A DNA stretch of 60,478 nt, the filler included, from Circinaria calcarea (lineage: Eukaryota): assembly GCA_051942165.1 (NCBI GenBank). It is 6 parts of 6 records of this genome, joined end to end, with 100 filler letters (N's around TTAATTAATTAA, not from the genome) between each part and the next. Parts side by side here need not be neighbours in the genome. Positions count along the whole stretch, not along the records: positions 40,413 to 50,396 come from JAVECS010000862.1; positions 50,497 to 60,478 come from JAVECS010000863.1; 4 more parts are not named here. One strand, given 5' to 3'. Positions 40,703 through 51,628 of this stretch are shown here, in pieces (the stretch's first letter is position 1; each line of letters begins with the position of its first letter). Under the pieces are notes generated by a model. That model ran no database searches. It was not told the DNA's origin and saw only the letters and a list, made by a program, of their open reading frames with translations. A program made the position numbers and the translations under genes.

Positions 40703-42317
40703 GTCACCATGGTGTGGTAACTAATGAATATGTTGAGCCTTACCAGCCGTGCCATGTGTCCAAACCTGGCCGTATTTTCATGAGCTCTTGGCGATGGAAT
40801 ATTGGTAGATCAAAATTCATGAGACGAATGAAACTCGAAGTCGGCATCTGTAGCATGACCGTTGTTGTACCTGTTGTTGATACCCACATATACCTTGGAG
40901 CGTTGTGCAGATGAAGCATCCACTTCTCTAGAAGTTTATACCCCTTACCTTTGTAATAATGTTCTATATTCGAATAAATTTCATATGAAGCCATATCCAG
41001 CATCCAAGCCCTCACTCTGTGTTTTCCCATTCCGACATCTTTCACTTTTCCATATGCACTTCACGGAAGCACTAGGAGAAAAAGCATTCTTCATATAAAA
41101 ATTTCTACCCGAGAACCCCTACGAACCCTACGGGTGAACTATATACCGAGGTCACGAGGTGTTGGCTTAGCGAGAAAGGTTTTTTTCGCGAAGTGTTACA
41201 CCAGAATTCTTTAGCAATAATTCATACGCTATGCGAACCCATTGAGCTCATTGTCACACAATTTACCGACCCTTATTCATAAGATCATTATACTATTCGT
41301 AGAGGATCCTTACAAGTAGGATGGTAAAGTATAATCAAGCGGTTGTTAATTGATGCGGTTTGCTTTCCGTCGAGTCCCCCTTCCCTTTGCGGACACGGAC
41401 CAAGGGGACTGGTTTCACCTTTCCCTTATTTCCCGCCCTAGACCTCTGCCCAAGACCTCTGCCATTGTACTTTGATATTACTTCACGTATGAGCAGTGAC
41501 GGTTTGAACCCCCTCAGACAGTATGCTTTATTATCGGAGAGAGTCAGAAGAATAATCTGTTTCGTTTCGGTTTTCTGGGTAATGATTCACGGGCTTCTTT
41601 GTTCTCGCCCCCGGGGGAGAGCGCCGAGGAACAATACCTTACCAATGTCTGGCACGTTGCTGGAAAGGTTGTATAAGAATGGCTATCATGCTCATCTTCC
41701 CATTGCCATTCACACATCGGGCTTATACCACACTCCAAAGACTTGGAAACCTTGCAGTGCAGATCCAGGTACAACATATTTCTTGTTTTCTAAACTCGTA
41801 TCCTCCCTTTACAAAAATATCGATTTCGCGCCTCTCAATTCTGCCTCAAAGCCAAAAGAAATCAAAATGCCAATTTGTCCAAATTGCAAGTTCAATAACA
41901 TCATACCCCACAGTAACAATCCGGACCCTAAATGCGAGATCTACGACGCAGCAATTCCTTTCTTTACCCGATTAAACCCTCCAGCGACAGCAAACAACCC
42001 GGCGGCCGGCAATTAGTCTACGATGGGACACAAGTTTCTGAAAAGCGAAGGATGTTGAAGGTAAGGTTAGACAGCACAAACGTGGGAACTGAGCGGAGTG
42101 AAGGGTACATGAGCGGCAAGAAAGGGAAGAATTCCTGTAATTAGAGCGCAGAGCTAGAAGACAAAAGTTATCAGACGTGTTGGAAGAGAGATAATATCGC
42201 TGAGTGAGATGAACAAGTAATGCCAACGCGCTCTCAATTCGTATCATAACTAGCTCAATTTTGCTCTTTGCGAGACTCCTGCTCTTTGCGGGCTTCTTCT
42301 TCGGCATTCTTCTTTGT

Positions 42318-43346
42318 CTACTCTTGCTCTCTGCGGGCGTGTTCTGCGGCATTCTTCTTTCTTCCGTACTCCCTAGACTTCACCCACCAATGAGCCTCGC
42401 ATGAAAACCCTTCTCGAATCAACGCATCAGATAATATCCACGTCCAGTCAAATTGATCTTGGGGTGGCGGCTCGATGTTTTCCACCCCAAAAAAAACGTT
42501 TACACGAGGATTAGTGGCGATATACCAGTGCGGAAAATAGCCGGCACTTGCCCAGCCGATGATACAGCTCAATTTTACATGTCCGTTCTTCTCCGCAGGC
42601 ATGTGTACGAAAATCTTGGGGGGCACTAGAAGAGCGTGGGTGAATAGAAAATACTCCCCTAGATCAGGAGGCGCCTCGCCCGTAAGTTTCGTGATACGTT
42701 CCTTTACTTCCTCAATAGTGAGAGGAGGATGGACGAGAGGCTGCCATAGCGGAAAATCCCAAGAAAATCTGCCGCCGAGCAAGGGTCCTTCATAAGTGAT
42801 GCCAGCACCGGTAACTTTCTCGCACCGACGTGACTTGAGTTTGGCCAGGGTAACAACGTGTTTCGCTATCTGAGATGCAAGATCCGTGCGTTGCTCGGTA
42901 GACATCCGAGTCCAGGCCTCGTTCATGCACTCGCCTGGCACTCGCCTCTCGATAATAAAGGTCCGGTTCCAGGCGGGGTCAGCCCAGTTATAGAGGACCT
43001 CAGGGACAGGTACGGATGGAGCGTTCTTCTTCACGAATTCGATCGCTTTCCCTTCGAGTTCCACGCCTTCGCACCAGCTCCTGGCCTTACAGATGATATT
43101 CGGACTGAGGTTCCAAACTGCAATACAACCGGCTTGTTCTTTGAACTTGCCTATTGCCGAATCACCACTAGGCGAAGTAGTGGGTGACTGGGGTCGGAGA
43201 CACCACTCAGAATCCCCATCGATCCAGTGAGCCACTGCGTCTTCCGGTGGTGGTTGGCCCTGAAGCTGCTCACACGACATAGAAGTACCGATTCTCCAGT
43301 GACCGGGCTTAATGAGACCGACGGACACGGCGATTGGGGGTTCCAT
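42318..43346 (-). CDS. APH/choline-kinase-like phosphotransferase fold protein, predicted catalytically dead; intronless
   Basis: 'EGKAIEFVKKNAPSVPVPEVL', 'RRVPGECMNEAW', Brenner-motif region 'THALLVPPKIFV', 'IIGWASAGYFPHWY'. Confidence 0.75.
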   Translation of the reverse strand: MEPPIAVSVGLIKPGHWRIGTSMSCEQLQGQPPPEDAVAHWIDGDSEWCLRPQSPTTSPSGDSAIGKFKEQAGCIAVWNLSPNIICKARSWCEGVELEGKAIEFVKKNAPSVPVPEVLYNWADPAWNRTFIIERRVPGECMNEAWTRMSTEQRTDLASQIAKHVVTLAKLKSRRCEKVTGAGITYEGPLLGGRFSWDFPLWQPLVHPPLTIEEVKERITKLTGEAPPDLGEYFLFTHALLVPPKIFVHMPAEKNGHVKLSCIIGWASAGYFPHWYIATNPRVNVFFGVENIEPPPQDQFDWTWILSDALIREGFSCEAHWWVKSREYGRKKNAAEHARREQE

Positions 43347-44296
43347 CTCTCTATGACACTCTTAGCTGAGGATCTAAATCTCGTAGGGCAGCGAAACTCA
43401 CACGTAGACCATGTTGGAAAAGTGCTGGAGAAAGTGCTAGGTTAGTTGTTGTTATTGTTGTGCAATTGGAATTACTGTTGAGAATTAAGATTGGATATTG
43501 TGATATGGAATCCATCCCAACGTTTATTACTTGAATAAAACAAAGGGCAGCTTAGGCAATGCCAAAAGAACGCAAAGAGCGCGCAACCAGGCCGTTTGCA
43601 GCAAAGATATTTGATTATGCCACAATAGACAAGTAATCAAGTCATAGAGGAGGAAATACAAAGCCCGAAAACGGTCTAGCTGGCAAAGGCACAAAGAAAG
43701 ATCATGTAGACCGTTTGCGTAGTCGCAGCACATTATACCTCTGTGGTTGACAGTCCAAGTCATAGCTTACCCGTAAAGGTCCCGAGTCAAGCCCGCTCCA
43801 AGAACTACACTCCGTCACCGCCGTCCTTTGTGCTCGAGAAGCTCATCATTCATCTTCACAGAAAGCCACCATCGGTCCTCATTATCCATCGGAGAAAGTA
43901 GTTGCCGCCGCCAACAGCGACCTTTCCCGAATAGGAGACCTTTGGTATGCTGTATCTGGGATTGATAGGTTATTTGCGACGGTAATGAGAACAATAATAT
44001 CTTAGGCGATAACTGACGGGAATGACAACCGACCCTCTCTCTGTGACGGACAAGATCTAATTGACAGGGAGGAGTCTTTCTGGTAGTGAAACCCCTGCAA
44101 CGGTGCAAGTCCGTTGGAGTGGCCGTCAATGGTAGCATCCTTCTACGAATCGAATGTTTAATCACTCAGAATTCACGCCGTGTGCATCGATATTGTAGCT
44201 TAGGGTACGACCGTCACAGTTTTAGCGCGGAGGCTTCTTCCTCTGCTGCCCCTTATCGTACATCTCTGTCCCCCCTCCCCTCTCCTCTCCCCGACT

Positions 44297-45026
44297 CTAC
44301 GCAGCATTAACCCACAATTCCGCGAGCTGTGGCCCATGGGTCAAATCGTGCTGCACCAGCATGACGAAGAATTCCGTGATCCCGTCACTGGTAAAGGTAT
44401 GTCCGTAGTCGGAGAAGCTGCCGAGGAAAGTGGTCATGCCATTTGCCCGGTTTTGTGTAAAGAGTTTGAAGTAGACTAGTGCACCGAAAAGGCGACGGGT
44501 GTTAGTCAGTGGGTTCTCTGAGGTGGAATGGAATTGGAGTGAAGAATGAATAATCGAGGTCGGTGGTTTGTTTGGACTGAATGATTGGGAGGGGAGGTGT
44601 GGGGGAACGAAGGGAAAAGGAGAAGGGGAAAAACATACAATTCATAGCATTGCGATTTCTGAGCGCCCATTTCAACGCCCATGTGCCGGCAGGAATCACG
44701 AAATTATGAGTAACCTGTAAAGGTCCGATGGAATTTTTTAATCGTCCGTTGACGTAGTAGCATATTGGGTTTCCACGGGGATTAATTCTGGAGCTGGATT
44801 TCACGCTACTGTGCGGGGAGGGTAGTGGGTGGCGTCGTGGCCGTCGACGGCTTGCTGGGACGGGACCAACTGGGTACATTGCTGCGGAGTCGCAGTGTCT
44901 AGGTATGCGCTCGGCTCGACATCTTCCACGAACACAGGCTGTGTTGCTGATGACGGGCGAAGAAAAGATAAGGAGAAGGAGCGTTAGGGTTGTAGGGAGA
45001 AGGAGATGAACCGGACGGAGGAGCAT
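44297..45026 (-). CDS. Small secreted protein, function unknown (2 exons)
   Basis: Signal peptide MLLRPVHLLLPTTLTLLLLIFSSPVIS, Cys/Arg-rich N-region, intron from GTATGT (~44638) to a TAG acceptor (~44476), exon 2 ...YFKLFTQNRANGMTTFLGSFSDYGHTF...LWVNAA*. Confidence 0.6.
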
Positions 45027-45978
45027 ATTAGAGGCAAAGTGGATGATTCAGCTAACAGATTCGATGGAATTAGAACAGCTTGGAGTTGCTTATCCAGCGG
45101 AGAATACGCCTTCGTACGCGGGCACTGTGCTCTCTTATAGAGTAAAATTCCAATAGACAAATGGACTCGGCGTAGAGAACTTTTTATATGAAGCATTGGT
45201 CCACATGAAAAACTCAAGGAACCTTGGATCTTGGGCATAGACATGCAAGGGCATAACAGTCTATGAATCTGCGTGGAGCGGATACAGCCCCACAGCTTAT
45301 CTTCATTTTCTTAACACAACGAGCTCTGACGTCGGAGGATTTCCCATGTGCTGATGCAGTGCGGATACGTTGTCGGAACATGGTTGCCGAGTTTTGACGC
45401 AGGTCCTCTGTTTCAGTATCTTCATAGTAGTATCAATTGTGACTCCTCCCCCATCTGTACAATTTCTCTTCCTGCTGATAGGGGGCACGCATTGTAAGAA
45501 GGAGGTAACCCAGTGTATGGTATTTCAGTTTCCTGAAGATAGTCAAGCCGCTTGAAGCTGCCGGTGATGACTTTGGAAGGACATATTGGAAGTAGCCTCC
45601 AATTGATGTGCGATCTAAGCGCTCTGTATGATTGGGGAAGCTGGACTGGTACTTGGCGTCAGCCGTCTTTTCGTACTTTACTTCTCCAGGAGAAATAAGC
45701 CTGGAATAGCTTGAAAAACATTTCCGCAAATGCCGTCTTGTCTTGTAAGTGCAGGAGCGTCGTCGTGGCTGAAGGCTATGGTTTCGCCGTACAAGCGCCA
45801 AAGCGACCCGAGACGCCGGAATATCCTCATCACGAGATGGTTACCTGATGACATCGCGAAATAGGCCGATCGGCTATGTCAGCTCAACATGCACAAGGTA
45901 AATTATAAATGTAGCATCATCACAGGTGCAGCTTCAATTTCAACCAGTAGCAACTAGCTGACAACCTCTCCTTTATAT

Positions 45979-47385
45979 TTACAGTTTCGCTCGAAATTCC
46001 AGTGCAGTAGGAGCAGGGTGCTTCATCCCCAACCTCTCCGAACTTCTCTTCAATGGCACTGAGTTAGTTACCTGAGGCCTATGCTTGTCAATGGACCATT
46101 CAACCTCCAACTCGTTCAGCTCCATGGCTTTCGCTGGTTCATCGCGCAAAGCCTCGTCGACCAGCATGGCCACATCACCTGCGCATCCAAAAGACAAACT
46201 CCACCCTGCACCCCCTTGACCGTAGGAATGAACGATCCGACTGGGCTTGAGCTCGGTCGTCCCGTCTAGCTGCACTGTCCTGGTCCTCAATTCCCGCTCC
46301 ACTCGTACATTTCGCTCCCGAGCGGGTCGCAGGCCTTGTGCCAAAGGATATTCGGGATCAAGACGCGCATTTCTAAGTTTAGGGAGGAATGCTTCGCACC
46401 GTTTGCGCATACGTTCAATGACGGGGTCGGTGAGTGTGAGATCCAATGTCGACTCGCGAGGTTGAGCAATGCCCCCAAGTAAGAGGGTCTCATCGTTCCG
46501 AGGAACGATGAAGACAATCTCGTTAGTGCTTTGGGCAGCGTCTGCCGTGATGGCCAGTGCTGTCTCAACCTTAGGAAAATCTTTGCCATCATTGACCACT
46601 CGAAGTAAAGCACCTCGTAAGGGATAGCACGTTTTATCTCCCGCGAGCTCTGTGGCAGCAAGGCCCGTTGCATTTACAATGACATCAGCGTGGAAGTGGG
46701 CTCGAAGCTCCTCCTCTTGGGCAAACAGATCTCCATGAATTGTCTCTGTAAACAACTTTGCTCCTTTACTTTGAACAAGGACCATCAGCCACTCCATCGC
46801 GTGATCAGTGTCGATCATTGGTGCTAGATGTTCGTAAGCATCGACCGCTCCGTATTCAGGGCTAACGTCGTGTGTACGGATGAGACTTGGATCACGATGG
46901 AAGCCCCGAACGCCACTCCTCTTGATTTCCAGCATCTTCAAAAATTGTTTTGAATCTTCTTCGATGATGCGAGGGAAGAAGAAAGTCGATCTCCGCATCT
47001 TCACCCCGGAAAGAGCCGCCAGATCCGGGTCTGATGCAATACTATCCCAGATTCGATAGGCAATCATACACCATCGTTTTGATTTGTGTAAGGACATGGC
47101 ATCCGTATGCTGTCCACAAACCGCAGGCGGATACTCCCACAGTGCACCAGCGATCTGCGACGTCAGACGTTGTGCATCGGTATAGGAAGCCCATTCTTTG
47201 GCAACAATGGTGACATGGTAACCTCTGTCAAGAAGGACCCATGCTGTAGTTAAGCCAGTGACACCGCCGCCTACTACCAAGATAGAAGGTGACGATTCTG
47301 TTGGGCTCTTTCGCGGCCAGGGATGCAGGGAGAAGTTTGAGCCGATAAGGGGAGTAGGCATGGTGGAAGGCGTTGTGGCAGACAT
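45979..47385 (-). CDS. FAD-dependent D-amino-acid oxidase-family protein, intronless, C-terminal PTS1 (AKL)
   Basis: Rossmann 'ILVVGGGVTGLTTA', 'IVNATGL', 'GLRPAR', 'IVHSYGQGGAGWSLSFGCA'; ends FRAKL. TATAAA about 140 nt upstream (~47528). Confidence 0.9.
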   Translation of the reverse strand: MSATTPSTMPTPLIGSNFSLHPWPRKSPTESSPSILVVGGGVTGLTTAWVLLDRGYHVTIVAKEWASYTDAQRLTSQIAGALWEYPPAVCGQHTDAMSLHKSKRWCMIAYRIWDSIASDPDLAALSGVKMRRSTFFFPRIIEEDSKQFLKMLEIKRSGVRGFHRDPSLIRTHDVSPEYGAVDAYEHLAPMIDTDHAMEWLMVLVQSKGAKLFTETIHGDLFAQEEELRAHFHADVIVNATGLAATELAGDKTCYPLRGALLRVVNDGKDFPKVETALAITADAAQSTNEIVFIVPRNDETLLLGGIAQPRESTLDLTLTDPVIERMRKRCEAFLPKLRNARLDPEYPLAQGLRPARERNVRVERELRTRTVQLDGTTELKPSRIVHSYGQGGAGWSLSFGCAGDVAMLVDEALRDEPAKAMELNELEVEWSIDKHRPQVTNSVPLKRSSERLGMKHPAPTALEFRAKL

Positions 47386-48771
47386 GTCGAATGTTGTAAG
47401 ATGTTACTGATTGATCCCTCTGACCGTTGCTTCGATGTCCATCTCTCGGGGGGAGGACGAACTCAATATATACCTTGGACAGAACACTGCCGAACAGCAC
47501 TACATCCGGTCTCGAACTGTCATTTATACTCGGCGGCTAAAATGGTAGGAACTGAAAGGTTTCCTTTTACGGCGGCTGCCCCACTGAGAGGGTTTCCTTC
47601 CAGGATCCACCCCTCTGCCTAAAATCGGCTATGGCTAGTCGTACCGACAAGACATCCCAATGACAATCGCCTGGCCATCTTGTCCGCAGCGGGCATCTCT
47701 CGATCGAGACGGCAGCCCCTGAATCTCTGGAGCGGGCCGTGTAGATGAATCTACCTTTGATGCGTAGTCCAATGTGTTTTATGTGGCCCTGGTACGAACG
47801 AGCTGTCCCTTTCTCCACCTGCCACTATCTCAGCCCCAAACGCACGGCACCTACGTCGAGGGAGACATCTTGGAGTCCCCCTTCGGGAAGTATTCGTGGG
47901 GAGCATGTAGATCCCTTGGCCATTGCTGGTGGCCCCGCGGTCAATGCACTCGGACTAAAAGTGCCGTGCAGAGGTAACGAAGGCGTTTTCGTTGGGCGGG
48001 AGAAGGTGGCCAAGCCGACGGTGAGACTCCTGTCACGCTCCGAAAGGACGGTGGACTATTCGATGCTGCCATCTGTCGATCGGAGTCTGATGGGCCATCA
48101 GTCCGTGCGGAGGTTGATTTCACGGCTGATTGGAAGTTGCAGTCAGGTAGAGTTCAAAGCCGCCTTAGGGGAAGGAGCTACTCTTGAGCGTGAGTCGTAG
48201 TCAATTACGGATAGCATCCTGGCCGCCTACCATAGCCATGGACTAGCGTAGCGTGAACAATGACCCTTTGTCTCGGCAAGCCTTTCCCGGACCAGATGAA
48301 CGCACGGACGGGGTAGTTGATGACGTTCCTCCATCTCAGTCTCACTTTCGCTTTGGGAACAGCATACCAAAACCGGACCCGCTCCAGTAGCACATTACCC
48401 GAGGAAGCGCTCATTTGCGAAGGGAGGACGGATACCTTCGGTATGATCGGAGTCGTGTGTTCAGTGACTCGACTGGAAATAAGCGGACGTGAGATGTGAC
48501 CGGCCCTGAAGAGAGATATAGCATCTCTGTTCTGCCGCCAGACTGTCGCTATGAACCACCAAGCAGTCGAGTAGATAGAAGGCTGATCTTAAGAAATCTT
48601 CACGAAAAAAAGGGAAAAAAAGGGGGGGAAAATAAACGATGTCAGCATCTCATTTGTGCAGTGTAATGAGGTTGAACCATCAAGCCCTTCGCTGGTCTCC
48701 CTTTATCTTCTCTCCCTCCATTCCATCTTCCCCGTCCTTCCTCCGTCCTCCATCCACCACTCCGATGAGAA

Positions 48772-50396
48772 ATGGCCTTCAAGATCCCGGCCAAGCGGCC
48801 TCGAGAATCTACGCATCTGCAATCTGGTGTCCGAAGCCGTGCAAAGGGCTCCACTACGTCCAGTCGTCCGTCATCGGCATCTGCGGGCCAGACTCCAGCA
48901 GCATCTCAGCCCCAGCCCATAAAGAGAGTTACCCTGCACGCGCCGACTAGTCGAGCAAACTCGGTGGCTTCGTCCCAGCCGGCCAGTGCTCATGCTGTGT
49001 CAAGTCGAGCGAACTCGATAGCGCCAGGAGATGCTGCTCTCAGGCCCGAAGAAGATGCGGCTGTTGACGAACGTGAAGACCACGATGCAGCTAATGAGGT
49101 AGTAATGGCCTTGGATATAAGAGATCGGGGAACGGTAGGTTGCTGCTACTACGTGGCCAGGGAGGAGAAGCTGTACTTCATGGACGACATCAAATTCGGC
49201 GGAATGGATGTTGTCGACAGCGGTGAGTTTCCCCGGCTATGCATGTAATGCCCATATATTGAAGCTGAACCAACTCCAGTGAAGCTTTATGCACAGCCGA
49301 CAATCATACTGCTCTCCTCCAGAGTAGATGAAGCTGTATACGAACATCTCAACCCCGAAGGTAGGAGCAGAGGCTCGGTAATTGGAGAAGGTAGGTCATG
49401 TTTTCACCATCACATTGATCATTAACGAACAAGTATCAGAGGATCAATTTCGTCTACCGTATATTCTCGAAATCCGCCCATCTCCGGAGTTTGCTTACGA
49501 GACTGGCAAGAGAAAGTTGGTTGACATCCAGCCGGTAATGGATACCAGACCTCAGATGTCTTTTATCACCCCTGGGGAGAGTGACTCATATGACGGCTTA
49601 GATTATCTCGAGGCCGGGTTCACCAACCGTCAAGGCAAGGTTCTGCAGTTGTCCGGACGTGTTGACCTGGAAAGTCGGTTTTCGGTAGGTTGTGCCGGTG
49701 CTGTGATCACCTATCTAGCACGAAAAAGAGCGGCAACCTATCTGCCTGGAGATGTTGATGCGCACCAAGCATTCCGGATTTCGACAATCGTGACATTCAG
49801 CCTGAAAGGTGTAATGTATGTACCAAGTAGCGTGGAGCGTCAACAAAGGATGCTAAGAGAAATCTTTAGGTTTATCAATGCAGATGCATTAGCCTCTCTG
49901 CAGATTATGCAATCCGAAGCACATCCACATTCACACAATCAAGGACCTACACAGGGCTCTTCCGGATCAAAGGAAGGTCTTTCTGTGTACGGATTGTTCC
50001 ACCACCTTGCCCGAACGCCGCAGGGAAAACAGCTCCTAAGGCAGTATTTCCTTCGGCCAAGCCTTGATCTCGACCTTATTAAGGAACGTCATGATACTGC
50101 TACTGTGTTTCTCCGACATGACAATGATACACACCTGGATGGGATTGTCAGGAGCTTGAAGGGAATCAAAAACATGCATACTGTTATGATTCATTTACGG
50201 AAGGGTATGAGTAACGGAACTGGTAAGGCTGGTGGTATTCAGAGCGGAGTTTGGTCGAGCCTTCGCTCGGTATAGTATCAACCTTGCTCGACGTAACATT
50301 CGCTAACAGCAGTAACAGTTCACATACCACACCATGGGAATTCGCCGGGCCTTTGTGGACGTTCTTGGTGCCGAGCATCTGATAATTCGGGCAAAA
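48772..50396 (+). CDS. MSH5: Meiotic MutS homolog 5, 5' half (contig edge)
   Basis: 'VVMALDIRDRGTVGCCYY', 'SVGCAGAVITYL', 'FINADALASLQI..EAHP', 'KEGLSVYGLF...TPQGKQLLRQYFLRP'; several GT-AG introns. Confidence 0.9.
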
Positions 50397-50496
50397 NNNN
50401 NNNNNNNNNNNNNNNNNNNNNNNNNNNNNNNNNNNNNNNNTTAATTAATTAANNNNNNNNNNNNNNNNNNNNNNNNNNNNNNNNNNNNNNNNNNNN
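50397..50496. other. Artificial contig linker
   Basis: N44-TTAATTAATTAA-N44. Confidence 0.99.
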
Positions 50497-50757
50497 ATGC
50501 GGTTCAATAGCGGCGACGCCTTCCACGACCTCAAGGTGGGAGATTACATCATTGTCCCCCTGCACGCGCCCCATACCTTTGAGAATGTCAGTGACGAGGA
50601 GGCGAGGGTGTTCTGTACAGTTACGCCGGCCTACTATGTCAACTACTTCCGGGATCTGGCAGAGGCGACGAAGGACGGGAAAGCGTTGACGGCAGAGGAT
50701 AATATAAGGGTCATGGCCAAATATGCAACGTTCCCTACTGGGTCAGGGCAAAAGTGA
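50497..50757 (+). CDS. Cupin-domain protein, 3' fragment
   Basis: Cupin motif 2 'GDYIIVPLHAPHTFEN' followed by 'TPAYYVNYFR'. Confidence 0.8.
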   Translation: MRFNSGDAFHDLKVGDYIIVPLHAPHTFENVSDEEARVFCTVTPAYYVNYFRDLAEATKDGKALTAEDNIRVMAKYATFPTGSGQK

Positions 50758-51628
50758 GATGTGTTGGGGTTAGGAGCTCTAGGAGAGAGTCAGGGGGTAG
50801 TAGTGAAAGAGAACGTGCTGAATCACGTTGAGAATTTAAAGCCGTCCATGACCAGTTTGATCCCATTTTTTTCAGAACTATGATTAGTTGGCGTGATCAT
50901 GTTCCAAGTATACTTGACATATCAATGAGCCAAAACTCTCCATCCTGGTAACTTTCAGTTCTGGTAGCTTGAAAATCCTTGTAAACCAAAAATTTGGCCG
51001 AGCAGCATCGACTGGTCCATATACTTGAAGGTAAGGGAGAAACCTATCCTCTTCATCTAGGTAACTTTTCGATCAATTCCAATCGAGGCCAGAAGGGTTG
51101 ATTTATAGCTTAGTACGTGGTAACCCCTCAGATACCAAGTATCCCTCATCGGCAACGATGTGGCATACCGGCCTCGAGTGCTGTGTCTGCCACTAGGTGT
51201 ACGACTTTTGCAACCTCGCCTTGCCCAGTTCCCAATCACGATCTAATCACCATCACATAGGGGTCGAACTTGGATATATCAGAATTGAAGTCAACTGGTG
51301 TTTCAATCTTTAACGACATGGAATTGCATATATTCAAAGCCAACTAAAAGATTTTCCTTTCCCTTTCCCGGGACATGATAAAAACCACTTGATAGAAATC
51401 ACGTGTGCGTTGGATTTTGTCAGTTGGATTGAGTTGCCCTCTACGGAGTAAGTTAGCGTACCCAATTACAGAGGTACTTCTGGACCTCGGCTTCTTCCCC
51501 ACAATATCACAAGCCTGGGAAACGGTCATCATTGTAATTACATCAATCCAGGCTCCCAAAGAATTTCTTTAAGAGTTTGTTTCTGACGTTACTGCCCATA
51601 CAATCTCGACTTTACTTTATTATCCAAG

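Noticed and set aside
41360..42016. 218-aa ORF ending in a CPNC-containing peptide
   Set aside because: TTG start, no recognisable domain, and the second CxxC pair is incomplete (CEIY). At most a ~49-aa remnant from ATG 41867; unsupported.
45845..45885. Hammerhead-like CTGATGA...GAAA with following hairpin
   Set aside because: No stem II pairing, the cleavage-site base would be G rather than H, and there is no stem I.
47820..47855. TPP-riboswitch-like GGTGCC...GGCTGAGA on the minus strand upstream of the DAO gene
   Set aside because: The second half of the aptamer (GAACYTGAT...TAAT...GCG) is absent.
48460..48525. Group I intron R/S-like motifs (GTTCAGTGACTCGA, GAGATATAGC)
   Set aside because: P7 cannot pair (TAGC rather than TAGTC), P/Q elements are not properly placed, and there is no host rRNA.
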